DNA of 64,000 bases from Leucoraja erinacea (GCF_028641065.1 NC_073408.1:14384001-14448000); one strand, 5' to 3'. Counted from the first letter of the stretch, positions 41,259 to 54,793 are shown. The notes: generated by a model not told the origin, from the letters alone. Numbers and translations are program-made.

Positions 41259-41987
41259 TTTAAGAGGGAACTGCAGATGCTGGAGAATCGAAGGTTACAC
41301 AGAAAAGCTGGAGAAACTCAGCGGGTGCAGCAGCATCTATGGAGCGAAGGAAATAGGCAACGTTTCGGGCCGAAACCCTTCTTCAGACTGATCGGGGGGG
41401 GGGGTGGGTGGGGACAAGAAAGGGAAAAGGAGGAGTAGCCAGAAGGCTGGAGGGTGGGAGGAGACAGCAGGGGAGCTGAGGAAGGGGAGGAGACAGCAAG
41501 GACTAACAGAATTGGGAGAATTCGATGTTCATGCCCCGGGGGTGTAGACTCCCCAAACGGAATATGAGGTGCTGTTCCTCCAATTTCCGGTGCTGCTCGC
41601 TGTGGCCATGGAGGAGACCCAGGACAGAGAGGTCGGAGGCGGAGTGGGAGGGGGAGTTGAAGTGCTGAGCCACCGGGAGGTCAGCTTGGTTATTGTGGAC
41701 CGAGCGGAGGTGTTCGGCGAAACGATCGCCCAACCTCCGCTTGGTCTCACCGATATAGATCTGCTGGCATCTAGAGCAGTGGACGCAATAGATGAGGTTG
41801 GAAGAGATGCAGGTAAACCTCTGTCGCACCTGGAACGACTGCTTGGGTCCTCTATACTACTGTTTAAGAAGGAACTGCAGATGCTGGAGAATCGAAGGTT
41901 ACACAAAAAAGCTGGAGAAACTCAGCGGGTGCAGCAGCATCTATGGAGCGAAGGAAATAGGCAATGTTTCGGGCCGAAACCCTTCTT
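41259..41987 (-). mobile_element. Penelope-like element (GIY-YIG endonuclease 3' portion plus pLTR tail) with tandem second tail copy
   Basis: ORF 41503..41829: SNLIYCVHCSRCQQIYIGETKRRLGDRFAEH...PVAQHFN...RKLEEQHLIFRLGSLHPRGMNIEF. Direct repeats at about 41259-41386 and 41865-41987. Confidence 0.92.
41356..41390 (-). ncRNA. Minimal type I hammerhead ribozyme motif (Penelope pLTR)
   Basis: Minus strand reads cagu-CUGAAGA-a-GGGU-UUCG-GCCC-GAAA-C-GUU-gcc: conserved core, stem II with UUCG loop, palindromic ACGU stem III and an NUH site. Confidence 0.75.
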
Positions 41988-44397
41988 CATCTATACTACT
42001 GTTGGTCATGGCCTAGCTCACAGTAGCTTACATTCAAACTTTTATAGGCTTCTCTTTAAGTTTATTATTGTTACAAGTATAAAAGGTGCACTGCAAAGCT
42101 TTGTTTTGTATGCCATCTATTCAAAACAGTTAATACTGTACAATCAGGTCAAACTCAAGTACAACAGAGAGAGCAAAGGGAATGATACAGTGCAGGATAT
42201 AGTTCTGAGCATTGTAGAACACCAGCTCAACAAAGTACAATGACCGCAATGGGGTTGAGGTGGATTGGACAATACCTTTGCATTACCCAAAACATCACCT
42301 CTGTGGTTTAATCTATGATTTAACATTCCCATCTCATTTGCAAGATCAAATTGAACCCAACAACCTTTTGTGATAGCTCTGCTCTCATCTGACCTTGATC
42401 GCCTCGAATTTAAAGTTTGGCCACAAACACTCAAGTCTTCCTATGACAAGCTTCTGAACGCTGAAATGTTCTGTCTGCAATAACTCTCTTTTCCCCTTTA
42501 AGTCATTCTTATCACATTTGATTTTATTATTAATTTTCATGTGCTCCTCCATTAAAAAAAATACATATTTTACAGATAAGGTGCAAAGTTATACTTGTGC
42601 ATTTGAGAAATTTGCACGTGGTCTGCCTCTTGCAGCAATGCTAGTCTCATGTGACATAGCATAACCTCACCTTATCTCATCCGCTCTAGGCAGCTGACAG
42701 ATGATATAGGCACAAAAGGCTGGAGTAACTCAGCGGGACTGGCAGCATCTCTGGAGAGAAGGAGTGGGTGACATTTCGGGTCGAGACCCTTCTTCAGACT
42801 GGATTATAGAGGTGATGTTATGTCTTGCTGAGCTATCCATTTCTCCTCTGCCCTGATAATCACACTAATGCCTATGCTCACCCCACTGGTGAAGTCAGAG
42901 AGCTTTCAAACACTTAGCATTGTTTAGAAATACAGTATGGGAACATGCCCTTGGGCCCCACCGACTATTGATAGTAGTTATTCATACTAGTTCTATGTTA
43001 TCTCACTTTCGCATCCACTCCCTGCAAACTGGGGATAATTTAGTTGCCAATTAACCTATAAACCCACAAATTTTTGGGATACGAGAGGAAACTGAAGCAC
43101 CCAGGGGGAACCTGCATGGTGACAATGAGAATGTACAAAGTCAACACAGACAGCACCCGAAGTCAGGATTGAACCTGGGTCTCTGGCACCGAAGCAGCAG
43201 CTCAACCATGTGTTGTACTTCTCCTTGTGGATTAAGGACACCAGTAATGACACCACAGTGCCACTACTCCTTATGGCTGCATATTACATTCTGTTTGATG
43301 ACCTCCCATCCCTACCCTGTAACACAAAACTGGCACTCCAAGACCTCACCATCACAAAGAGTTAAAAATAAATAACACATTAAATAAATTATTTAAGGCT
43401 CCAGTTTCTTTCAGACCCATTTCAATCCTTTGTCGCATTCATTGCTATTAACAATAGAATTGCACATAATGTTTAAAAACACATTCCAATCCGTATAACG
43501 TGGCATTAGTGATGGAAGTAAGCACAACAACCACGTTACGTCCATGGCCAACTGAAAAACACATTGCTTGGCATCAGAGACAGGGGCTTTCAATTCGAAA
43601 TGGATACAAGCAATAGGTCAAAAAACAATATGAACAAGATTTGAATATTTAGAAATGACAAGCTCAAAGGCAAAGAGCCAACAGAGGAATATGATGCAAA
43701 TTGTGTATCCGATGGAAGAATCGTGAAGATGTTTAAAGGCAGAAAGAGGGGGGTGATTGTTGGGAAAGTGGGGGCAGTATTGGGAAGTGAGCAGTGGACG
43801 CCCCCTGTTCCGATAGGAACGAACAGATATACACAAAATGCTGGAGAAACTCAGTGGGTCAGGCATCATCTCTGGAGAGAAGGAATAGGTAAGCAGTCTG
43901 AAGAAGTATCTCGACCCGAAATGTCACCCATTCCTCCTCTCCAGAGATGCCGCCTGTCCCGCTGAGTTACTCCAGCATTTTTTTGTGTCTATCTTCGGTT
44001 TAAACCAGCATCTGCAGTTCCTTCCCCCACAAGGGGGTAGCGATAGGGTTAATGGACTGTGGAGGAACCGTGCTGACAATATATTCACGTTGAAAAGACA
44101 AAGCACACAGATTCTCCTCGGCGAACCGCGCATCAGCTTTCTCTGTGTAGAAAGGACCTGGTTTAAAACGCAGATAGACACAAATTGCTGGAGTAACTCA
44201 GCGGGTCAGGCAACATCTCTGGATAAAAGAAAGGTCTCGACCCGAAACGTTACCTTCTCTCCAGAGATGCTGCCTGGCCCGCTGAGTTATTCCAGCATTT
44301 TGTGTCCAGCTTTCTTTGTTTTCAGTCGCATCAGCCAAAAAAAACAACAGAATGCATAGAAAATGAAAACTCCGAAGAAGGAGCGAGAAAACCTTAC

Positions 44398-44720
44398 CGA
44401 ACAGCAAGGGCAGACCGAGCCGACGGCCGCTTGTTGTTGTTTCAAGTGCTATTGCAAGCAGCTGTTTCAACGCACGGTGAGCAGAAAGCGGGCAACATCC
44501 ATTTGCTGTTAGTTTCGTCTACTCCCTCTGCAATAAGCGGGTGGAGTCTGTAAACTGGCCGCGGCCAATGTTGGTCGATGAACCACTCAGGATTTCGCAT
44601 CAATGTCCAACAACGACCCCAGAGCGCTCCGCTATAGGATCTTTGGTGTCCAGGGAGATTAATCCCAGCCACGGATTTCTGCAACGAAGTCACTTCTGCT
44701 GCCGCCTCACGGCTGATTGC
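44398..44720 (-). promoter_or_regulatory. Candidate CpG-rich promoter and non-coding first exon (minus strand), possibly of the IgSF gene
   Basis: Non-repetitive CpG-rich island with donor TCG|GTAAGG at 44398/44397, a GC/GT-box-like gcgggtggag at about 44537 and CCAAT at about 44565. No ATG in frame to the donor. Confidence 0.45.
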
Positions 44721-45179
44721 AAGATCAGAGAAAAACCCCCTGAAACAGCATCCTACGATACTGCAAGATTAATGCATGTTTGTGCATTAGGAATATTAGA
44801 GGAGGTGTATTTCGTTGGAAAGTGTGAATCTCTAAATGTTATGTGCTGACGATTAAGTCTTGCCATTATCATTCTTATTTAGACAACGGGATTGTGATGG
44901 GCGGTTGCCCATGGGACCAATGTCTAGGATGATCATTTGTTTCAGTGACCACCCAGAGGGCATCAAAGGTCACCCCGGCGTCCAGCATAGAAGAAAGCAA
45001 AGCTCGAGGAGCCCTGGGCAACGTGACTACGAGTAGACACATAATGTTAGAGCAGCGGGCCAGGCTGCATCTTTGGAGAAAAGGAATGGGGTCGAGACTT
45101 CTTCAGACTGAGAATCAGGGGAGAGGGAAACTAGTATGAAGAGGGACAACGCGGTAGAGCCGGAATGCAGGGGGCTGCC

Positions 45180-47165
45180 AGAGAGGGTGCAGCCAGAGAG
45201 GGAGCTGCCAGAACTCTCGTCGGAGAGAGGAGGAGAACATCTTCAAAGCAGCCATACCATGCAACAAATGTAATGTGAAGGTGGTTGTGGGAGATTTCAA
45301 CATGCTGGTAGACTGGGAAAATCTGGTTGGTACTGGACCGCTGGAAAGGGAGTTTGTAGAGTGCCTCTGAGATGGATTCTTAGAGCAGCTTGTACTGAAG
45401 CCTACCAGCGAGAAGGCAATTTTGGACGTAGTGTTGTGTAATGAACCGGATTTGAAAGGGAACTCAATGTAAAGGAACCATTGGGAGGTAGTGACCTTAA
45501 TTATGAACAGGTACTTTGGTTCTGTCTTCACAAAAGAAGACACAATCTCCCAGATGTACTAGGGTGATGGAGGAATTGAAGGAAATTCACATGAGTCAGG
45601 AAATGGTGTTGGGTAGACTGATGGGACAGAAGGCTGATATATCCCCAGGGCCTGATGGCCTGCATCCCAAGGTACTCAAGGAGGTGACTAGAAATCATGA
45701 ACACATTGGTGATGATTTTCCAATGTTCTGTAGATTTGGGATCAGTTCCTGTGGATTGGAGGGTAGCTAATGTTTCCCAAATGTTTAAGAATGGAGGGAG
45801 AGAGAAAGCAGGGAATTATAGACCAGTTAGCCTGACATCAGTGGTGGAGAAGATGCTGGAGTTGATTATTAAAGATGTAATACCAGCACACTTGGTTAGC
45901 AGTAACAGGATCGGTCCAAGTCAGCATGGATTTACGAAGGGGAAATCATGCTTGACAAATCTTCTGGATTTTTTTGAAGATGTAACAAGTAAAATGGACA
46001 AGGGAGAGCCAGTGGATGTAGTGGACCTGGATTTCCAGAAACCCTTTGATAAGGTTCCACACAGGAGATTAGTGGGCAAAATTAGAGCACATGGTATTAG
46101 TGGTAGAGTATTGACATGGATAGAAAATTGGTTGGCAGACAGGAAACAGAGTAGGGATTAACAGGTCCCTTTCAGGATTGCAGGCAGTGACTAGTGGGGT
46201 GCCGCAAGGCTCGGTGCTGGGACTGCAGGTATTTACAATATACATTAATGATTTCGATGAAGGAATTAAGTCACATTAGCAAATTTGTAGATGACACAAA
46301 GCTGGGTGGCAGTGTGAACTGTGAAGAGGATGCTGTGAGAATGCAGGGTGATTTGGACAGGTTGGGTGAATGGGCAGATACATGGCAGATCCAGTATAAT
46401 AGGGATAAATGTGAGGTTATCCACTTTGGTGGCAAGAACAGGAAGATTATCTGAATGGTGTTCGGTTAGGAAAATGGGAAGTACAATGAGACCTGGGTGT
46501 CCTTGTACATCAGTCACTGAAAGTAAGCATGCAGGTACAGTAGGCAGTTAAGAAAGCTAATAGCATGTTGGCCTTCATAGCGAGAGGCATTGAGTATAAC
46601 AGCAAAGAGGTCCTTCTGCAGTTGTACAAGGCCCTGGTGAGACCACACCTGGAGTATTGTGTGCAGTTTTGGACTCCTAATTTGAGGAAGAACATTCTTG
46701 CTATTGAGGGAGTGTCGTGTAGGTTCACAACGTTAATCCCGGGATGACGGGACTGTCATATGATGAAAGAATGGTGTGACTGGGCCAGTATTCACTGAAA
46801 TTTAGAAGGATGAGAGGATATCTTATAGAAACATATAAAATTATCAAGGGATTGGACACGCTAGATGCAGGAAATGTTCCCGATGTTGGGGGAGTCCAGA
46901 ACCAGGAGCCACAGTTTAAGAATAAAGGGTAGACCATTTAGAACTGAGATGAGGAAAAACTTTTTCACACAGAGAGTTGTGAATTTGTGGAATTCTCTGC
47001 CTCAGAAGGCTGTGGAAGCCAATTGACTGGCTGCGTTCAAAAGCGAGCTAGATAGAGCTCTTATGGCTAGCAGAATCAAGGAATACGAGGAGAAGGCAGG
47101 AACAGGGTACTGATTGTGGATGATCAGCCATGATCACATTGATTGGCGGTGCTGGCTCGAAGGCT
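45180..47165 (+). mobile_element. CR1 (HER1-like) LINE, internally deleted, with APE and RT remnants
   Basis: VVVGDFN (APE); SPGPDGLHPKVLKE; VPVDWRVANV...NYRPVSLTSVVEKMLE...QHGFTKGKSCLTNLLDFF...LDFQKPFDKVPH; KFVDDTKLGG; LYKALVRPHLEYCVQFW; 3' UTR. Multiple frameshifts. Confidence 0.95.
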
Positions 47166-47859
47166 GTCTATGTATATATGTACCTTGAGGAGATGTCGCA
47201 GTGGAGGAGATATTGCAGTGGAGCACACAAAATGTGTAGGAAGGAACTGCAGATACTGGTTTACACTGAAGATAGATGCAAAAATGCAGGAGCAACTCAG
47301 CGGGTCTGGCAGCATCTCTGGAGACACAAAATGCTGGTGAAAACAGACTGTCGTGATTATGAAGGGATGTTGATTGTGAGATAGGAACTTGTCTTTCACT
47401 GCTAATTACTCTTCCTCTGTGGAGCCAGTCAGACCAAGCTGTATCTTTGACTCCAGCAATCAACAGGGGGCTAAAGTCGGAAGACGCTAGAACAATCACA
47501 TGTCTAGAGAGAGGATGTGAAAGCAGAATGACAGAAATAGTGTGATTGGGTGATCAATGGTCGGCCTTAATGGGCTGAAGGGCCTGTTTACACTCTGTAT
47601 TTCCAAAGAAAGAGTCACCCATCGAACACGCTCTATACTATTTGTCTTGAGCCTTCTTGGAATGAGATGATTTCTTGGGATTCCACACCATCTCTAGAAT
47701 GTGATGGGACCCAAGACAGACTTTGTAAACCTACTTGTGATATGAACTGTTTTCCAAGTTACCAGACCCAACTTTATTCAAAGGCCTCATCTCTTTCCTC
47801 AATTCTCCTCATTCTCTAGTTGTGCTTCTGGAGATGTTCTCTCCTTATAGTCCCAAGAT

Positions 47860-48410
47860 TGTGTTCCAATTTTATAAAACATAGGTCAGACATTATTTGG
47901 AGAACTGTGCGCAGTTCTGGTCACCACAGCATGATATCGCTGGAGAGAGTCGGAGGAAATTTGCCAGGACATTGTCTGAGAAGGAATTATTTTCCATTCT
48001 GAGGAGAGAGGCAAAGCCTGTTTTCCCTGAAGTGGAGCCGGGTGAGAGGGGATGAGATTGGTGTATATAAAACTACAAAGGGTGGAAATAGGGTTGACAG
48101 AAGTAAATATTCCCCTTATTGTAAATAAATAAAACTTCAAGTCATAGATTTGTGGGATAGGTTAGATATTTATAGGGGATCTGAGGGTATTTTTTTACTC
48201 AGAGAGTGGTAGTGCCTTGAATAATCTATGGGAGAGATTGGTGGAAGTTGAACGTTTCACAGCATTTAAAAAAAATCTTGATAGGCACTTAAAGTGGCGA
48301 CGTACAGAAGACTATGGGTAAAATGATGGAAGATGAGATTAAAGCGGATGGGTGCCCATTCCTTGGTGTGCGCATGGTGGACCAAGAGGACCATTTCCAT
48401 GCTGTATGAC
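47860..48410 (+). mobile_element. Old CR1 LINE 3' fragment
   Basis: Degenerate CR1 3' coding region and tail. Similar fragments lie at about 13520-13790, 14060-14570, 24890-25480, 33700-34190, 36190-36645 (-) and 62980-63380 (-). Confidence 0.7.
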
Positions 48411-51400
48411 TGGCCTACTACTGCTTCCATCAACAAGTTAAAGTGGATAACGTTATTGATGTGGTCTTTTTTAAAGAGTGCTTTTCCCCTTTTTTTCCTT
48501 CCTCCAGCATGGCTTCATTTTCAGTGACAGGATCACTTGGAACCCACATTGTGCAGGCTGCTTCCTTCGTCAGTGTTTCGTGGATTGGATGTGCTTCTGG
48601 CATGACTGCTCCAGCTAAAATCCCCTCAATCTTTGGAAGTACAGATTGTGAGTAATGCTTTAAAAAGCTAGGGTCACACATACTGGATTGCAAAGAAATA
48701 AGGAGGATGACACAACGTCTTCAAAAGCTCTTGGGAGAAGTTTTATGGAGGCTGAGGGTAGGAAGGTGGTGGGAAATTTCTGGAGTTGGAATGGACTCTA
48801 AAATGAGCAATGTTACAAAATTTTGAGATTTTAAAACTCAAGTCTTTAATTTATCCCATCCGATAAATCATAAAAATAAGTTTAATTTGGCACCTAATTC
48901 ACTTTCATATCTTCAGTATTATAACAGTTATGGCCTTTTTCATACTAGGAAATTGGCATCTTGTTCCCTATTGCTTTTTCATTAACTTAACACAAAAGCT
49001 GTGATCGAGAACATTTTAAAGCCCATACCTTTCTTAAAATTTAAGAGAACTGAAATAAATTTTCAATTATAGATTGAAGCATTCTGAAACAAATATGAAA
49101 CAATCTTACTTAGATGACTTGAAATTAAAGCATATAGTTAGTTAATTACCCAAGTGTAGCTAATTACAAAATTCAATTACGAGATCTAAACATCTATAAA
49201 TTTCTTAAGAACAGATTAACATTTTTTAAAAGCCTAAGTGTCCAAATAACATTCACACAAGAATTCACAATATAACATAATTTTTAAATCTCATTGTCAT
49301 GGGTTTATAGGCCAAATGGAAGGAATTTAATGTTTAAGACCTGTAAATTAATGGCCATTTAAATCAGCTTGCGAGTGGGATTTTCTGGAACGGGACCATT
49401 TGGAACGTTGAGGTTGCAGTGAATTTATACCCCCATATCGGCAGCAAATACATTGCCGGTTCTTCGGGGGGGGAAAATCACCGTTTCGCAACTTAAAATG
49501 TGAATTAAATACATCTTAAGAAACACTTTTATACATAAAAATAAACTACTTTCTTTTACCTGTCCCCTCCATAAAATTTGTCCCAGTTGTCAGCATTGAC
49601 GGCTTCAGAAGCTGATTTTAAAATCATTCCAGCAATTAACTTGTCGGGCGAATTTAAAAAAAAACCACACAGAATGATTCTTTAGCAACATCTTCCACTC
49701 CAACAAAATATAATTCAGGACCAGGACGCACACGGCCAGTGGCAGAATTGCAGTGCCGCTGAACTTAAGTAATGTAACACAGCTACTAAATTGTAATACT
49801 GATTGGAAATCTTATTCAGGGAAAACATGAGGTATAGGAAATTATGAAATCCTTAATGATCGAGTAGCAAGATTGGTCTGGATTTCTTCAGCAAAAATTC
49901 TTAGGGATTTGGGAAATTCCAGATAGTGGAACAGGAAATTCCCGACATTTGTTTGGAATGAACACAGAATTACTCAAATTCTGCTGAGCATGACAACCTA
50001 ATGTTACCCTTCGACACCTCGATAAGCAGTAAAATAAACACTCATTACGATAAACCCTGTTTAGTCCTTGGCTTCATTCTCATGCTCTCAAATTGCATGG
50101 TGAGAAATATATGATTTGAGTTTGTACGGCCATGAACACCTTTGCCTCAACCGAGGCAATAATGCTACACTTATTTTTGGTACTGTTGAACCAGGGGAGT
50201 CAAAATAACATCACCCATATTCCCTAGTCCTGACTCCTGTATAACCTTTGTTAGTCAACTTAGTAATTAATATTAATTCAGAACATAGCTTTATTTTATT
50301 TAAAAGCTAACAGGTGTGATTTATTGTATGTTCAAATCGCTTTTAACAAAAATAATGTGAAATTAAATCTAAAGTATGCCCTTTATTCTTTGTAAATTGA
50401 TCCAGGTCCTTGGACTAATAGGCCACTGAAATTTCCTTGAAAGGAAAGATATCTTTCAAGAGAATACTTCCTTTTCAAGAGAATGCTTTCAATACAAATT
50501 AGTGCCCAGGGGGGTACGGGAGAAACACATGAAACATTTAACAAGCATATATCCAATGTAAAATATATAAACAATGTAAGAAAGAGTAAAAAACAACATG
50601 TGGTAATGTGATATGTGGTCATAAGACCATGAGATACAGGAGCAAAATTAGGTCACTCGGAGGAATAGCCATACAGAAGTCTTTGGTTGGGTACATTGGA
50701 GCTTAGTTATGAGGATAGAACCTGCTTATGAGGATAAATAAAGCAAACACTGCAGACTGAATATTGGACTTCAAGGATGTACAGCTGTAAGATGATTTAA
50801 ATTTAGATGTTAGAGGAATCCTTCCAGTTTTGTATGGCGGAGTGAACAAGAGTATCATATTAACTTGTTCCCAGGAATCGGCTTACATTGTGTTCTACGC
50901 TTTCAAGTGCAAAGTGTTCCCAATGCAAATTTTAAACAGATGTGCAAACAAGCAAGCAAAACTGGTTTATCTGCTGTGAGGGGGTGTAAAATATCCTGCA
51001 TACAGAAAGATTTGTATAAAGTGTTCATACAGAGTTATGACAGATCATCTTGAAACTTACATAACACCCAAGCTTAACATATAACCTTGCTTCATATGTT
51101 TTTTTCCCACATACGTTTTATATTTTGAGAAAAAACAATTTTCCTTTGCTCAGAGATCTTAAAAATAAATAGCATGACGCCACAGAATTTTTAGCATCTG
51201 TGCCTTGTGGAAAATTTTAATTGATGCATAAACAGATCTAAGTCGAGTAAACATTTGTGCATTTCAACATCTATCTGCAATGGAAAATCTGTCCTTCCTT
51301 TGAACATTCATATTTCAATATTCCTCTTCTGCCCCCTTCTCTTCTCCCACTGGTCACTTCTCCCTCCTTGTCTGTGGTCCTGACCATATCAGCCATTCCT

Positions 51401-51639
51401 TTATTGGTCATCTCCTCTTCATTCTTTTTTCCCACTTTCTCTTCTTCCTCTATTCATGACTCCAATATACTTCTCCCCTTCTGTCTCGCCATGGAAAACA
51501 TCATCCCCAATCCCCTCCACCCATTCCCTCCTCAGCTCATTTATCATTCTAAACTTGAACTCATTTTTTGATTTGAGTATGAAAATAGAGTTGTAGAGCC
51601 ATGCAGCACAGATACTGTAAGAAAGGGGTTAGTGGGATA

Positions 51640-52148
51640 TGGGCCAAACATGGATCAGCTTGTCCCCAACAACTCTCACCAACTTCTGCAGATGCACCTT
51701 AGATCAGGATGCATCACAGTTTGGTTTGGAAACAGCTCCATCCAAGATCGCAAGAAATTGCAGGAAATTGTGGACGCAGTGCAGACCATCACACAAACCA
51801 ACCTGCCTTTGTTTGATTCCATTTACACTTCATGCCACCTCGGCAAGGCCACCAGCATAATCAATAATTAGTCTCACCCTGGTCTCTCACTCTTCTCCCC
51901 TCTCCTATCAGGCAAGTGGTACAGAAGTGTGAAAATGAACACCTCCAGATAGAGGGACAGTGTGTTCCCAGCTGTTATCAGGCAACTGAACCATCCTATC
52001 ATCAACTAGAAAGTGATCCTGAGCTATTATCTACCTCACTGGAGACCCCTGGACTATGTTTAATCGGACTTTACTGTACATTATCTTACATCAAACGTTA
52101 TTCCTGTCATCGTGTATCTGTACACTGTGGATGGCACAATTGTAATCA
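51640..52148 (+). mobile_element. Rex1/Babar LINE 3' fragment, continued after the hAT-like insertion at 54794-54885
   Basis: SGCITVWFGNSSIQDRKKLQEIVDAVQTIT. The tail ...gcacaattgtaatca|tgtatagtcttt...acaataaactaaac is split by the insertion. Confidence 0.8.
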
Positions 52149-54793
52149 CAGGGCTGCCAACATTGGGTGAGAGTTGGGAGTGAGAAATTGCGAGAGACCA
52201 AGCCCGAGGGAGCATAGCGACCGGCCGGGGTGGGGGGGAGGGGGGTGTTCCCCTCCCATTGGAATTGTGCAATATGGTGCATACTGCAGCGAGTCTTTTA
52301 ACTTACACTTGAATGCAATATATATGCTTTAAATTGGATTGGAGCATTTTTGAAAGGGGGGAGGCTGTGCGATCACTGATCACTAGCCTTGGGGGTACCC
52401 GGTGAGGGAGTGGAGCAACCGAGTGGGGAGAGGGTGTGGAAGAAGGATGTCCCCCCTCCAAGGGTTGGAACATTTTAAAATTTGATGTATTAAAATCATG
52501 TTTTAGTGCACTGTAGAAGTATGATTTCAATGTGTTTTGTATGAAGTATTTTTAAGAGGTAACTTTTTAAGAGGTAACTTTATCCACACAAAGGGTGATG
52601 GGTGTATGGAACAAGCTGCCAGAGGAGGTAGTTGAGGCAGGGACCATCCCAACATTTAAGAAAAAGATAGACTGATACATGGATAGGACAGGTTTGGAGG
52701 TATGGACCAAAAGCAGGTGGCGTAGTTGGGACATGTTCGTGGGTGTGGGTAAGTTGCGCCGAAGGGCCTGTTTTCACACTGTATCACTCTGACTACATTA
52801 TACCTCCACCAAGCATGAATGATTCAAAATCAAGTGATCGAGTTTTATTGCCATATACTCAAGCATAGAAACATAGAAAATAGGTGCAGGAATAGGCCAT
52901 CGGCCCTTCGAGCCAGCACTGCCATTCAATATGATCATAGCTATTCATCTAAAATCAGTACCTTTCCTGTTTTTTTCCCCATATCCCTTGATGTTGTTAG
53001 CCCCAAGAATTAAATGTAACTCTCTTGAAAACATCCAGTGAATTGGCCTGCACTACCTTCTGTGGCAGAGAATTCCACAGATTCACTACTCTGCATGAAG
53101 AAAGTTTGTTCTCATCTCAATCTTAACTGCCCCCCCCCCCTTTATTCTTAAACTGTGACCCATGGTTCTGAACGCCCCCAACATCGGGAACATTTTTCCT
53201 GCAGTTACAGTAAGTGAAAATCTAGCAGACAAGCAGGATGCTTTCACCAACCACCCCCATTTGAAGTCCACAATCTTCCACCGTTTCTACCCAGTGCTTG
53301 GTACTTACTTCCAGCAGCCACTGGTTGTCCTCCAGGATGCACTCTCTCTCCTCTCAACCCCCCTCTCTCTCTCCCCTCCATCTCTCTTTCCCCTCTCTCT
53401 CCTCTCTCCCTCTCTATTTCTCCTCTCACCCATTCTCTCTCCCCTGTCTCCCCCCTCTCACTCTCTCCCCTTCCCTCTCTCTTCTCTCTCTCCCTCTCTC
53501 TCTCTTCCCCCTCTCTCCGTCCCACCTTCCTCTCCCCGTCCCACCTCACTCTCCTCCCTCTCCCTCCTCTCCTCCCCCTCTCCCTCTCTCTCCCCAATTT
53601 CCCCCTCTCCCCTCTTTCCCCCCTCTCTCTTCTCTCTTCCTCTCTCATCTCTCCCTCCTCTCTCTCTATCTCCCTCTCTCTCTCTCTCCTTCCCTCTCTC
53701 TCTCTCACATTACCTCTCTCCACTCTCTCTCTCTCTCATCCCCTCTCTCTCTCTCTCTCTCTCCCTCCCTCTCTCTCCTTCCCCCTCTCTCCCCCCTCTC
53801 TCTTTTACCACCCCTCTCTTCTCCCTCTCCCATTCTCTCCACCCCTCTCTCTCTTACCTCTTTTGTCCCTCTCACCCCTCTCTCTCTTCCCCCCCACCTC
53901 CCACCTCCCACCTCACTCTCCCCCCCTCTCTCTCCTCTCTCCCTCTTCTCTCTATCCCCAATGTCTCCCTGTCTCCTCCCCCCCCCCCCCCCCCCTCTCT
54001 CACCTCCCTTTGAGAGTCTGTCCCTTCGGCACAGAGACTCTCGCGGCAGCGGCGCTTCCGACGCCTCTGACGGCCCAGGACACTCGCACTGTCCGGAGAG
54101 CTCCTCCGAAGCTGCAGCGAGCGACTCGCTAGCCGCGCAAATACAAGATTCAAAATGTGGAAAGTGGGAGCAATTTGGCATAAATGGTCATTTTAAGCCC
54201 ATTCAGATCTGTATAGAGTCAGTTATGCAACATGTACATGGCTGGACCAATTTGTCCATGATGATTAAGTTGGCATTCTGCGTGCCCAGGGACTGGCTGC
54301 CGTTCCCAGATCAGCTCGCGTCCCAGGGAATGGCCGCAGTTCTCAGGTCGGCTCGCCTGCCCCGACCCCGCAAAAACGAATTGAAAAAAAAAAACGCGTT
54401 TTTTCGGGTTACGGGCCAAAAACCCGTATATTGCATATTGGGAACAGTTTGCAAAAGATCTAAACACACTACTGAGGACTCCTCGTATTTATACTTAAAT
54501 AATAATCCATGGCCATTCCGAACCCCCCCCCCCCCCCCCCAGGTTTTACAACTGATTCACCTGGTTAGTTCCATCTCCGGCTGCACATCCAACCAAGAGA
54601 AGAGGCACAACGTCACTCACAGCCGCCAACTAACGCGCTTCCCCGGACCGCACAGATCCCTGGCATGCGACGCTAAGGGACAAATTGCGCAGGGACTGAA
54701 CTCAGCGTGAGAACTCGGTCGTGAGCGTGAGTGCGTGAGAAATTGCTCCAGGGCGCGAGTCTCACGCTGAAAGCGTTAGAGTTGGCAGCCCTG
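52149..54793. mobile_element. hAT-like non-autonomous DNA transposon with nested CR1 fragments and a CT-rich tract
   Basis: Perfect 13-bp TIRs CAGGGCTGCCAAC (52149) and GTTGGCAGCCCTG (54781-54793), flanked by a TAATCA direct repeat (52143-52148 and 54794-54799). Confidence 0.85.
53340..54010 (+). repeat. Polypyrimidine (CT-rich) low-complexity tract, about 670 bp
   Basis: Almost exclusively C/T on the plus strand. It produces the spurious S/L/P-rich and R/E/G-rich ORFs. Confidence 0.95.

Noticed and set aside
48430-48693. 87-aa minus-strand ORF with an upstream AG
   Set aside because: No recognisable domain and no partner exons, so it cannot be supported as coding.
53162-54710. 283-aa and 470-aa ORFs
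   Set aside because: Translations of a CT-rich low-complexity tract inside a non-autonomous transposon. No transposase motifs.
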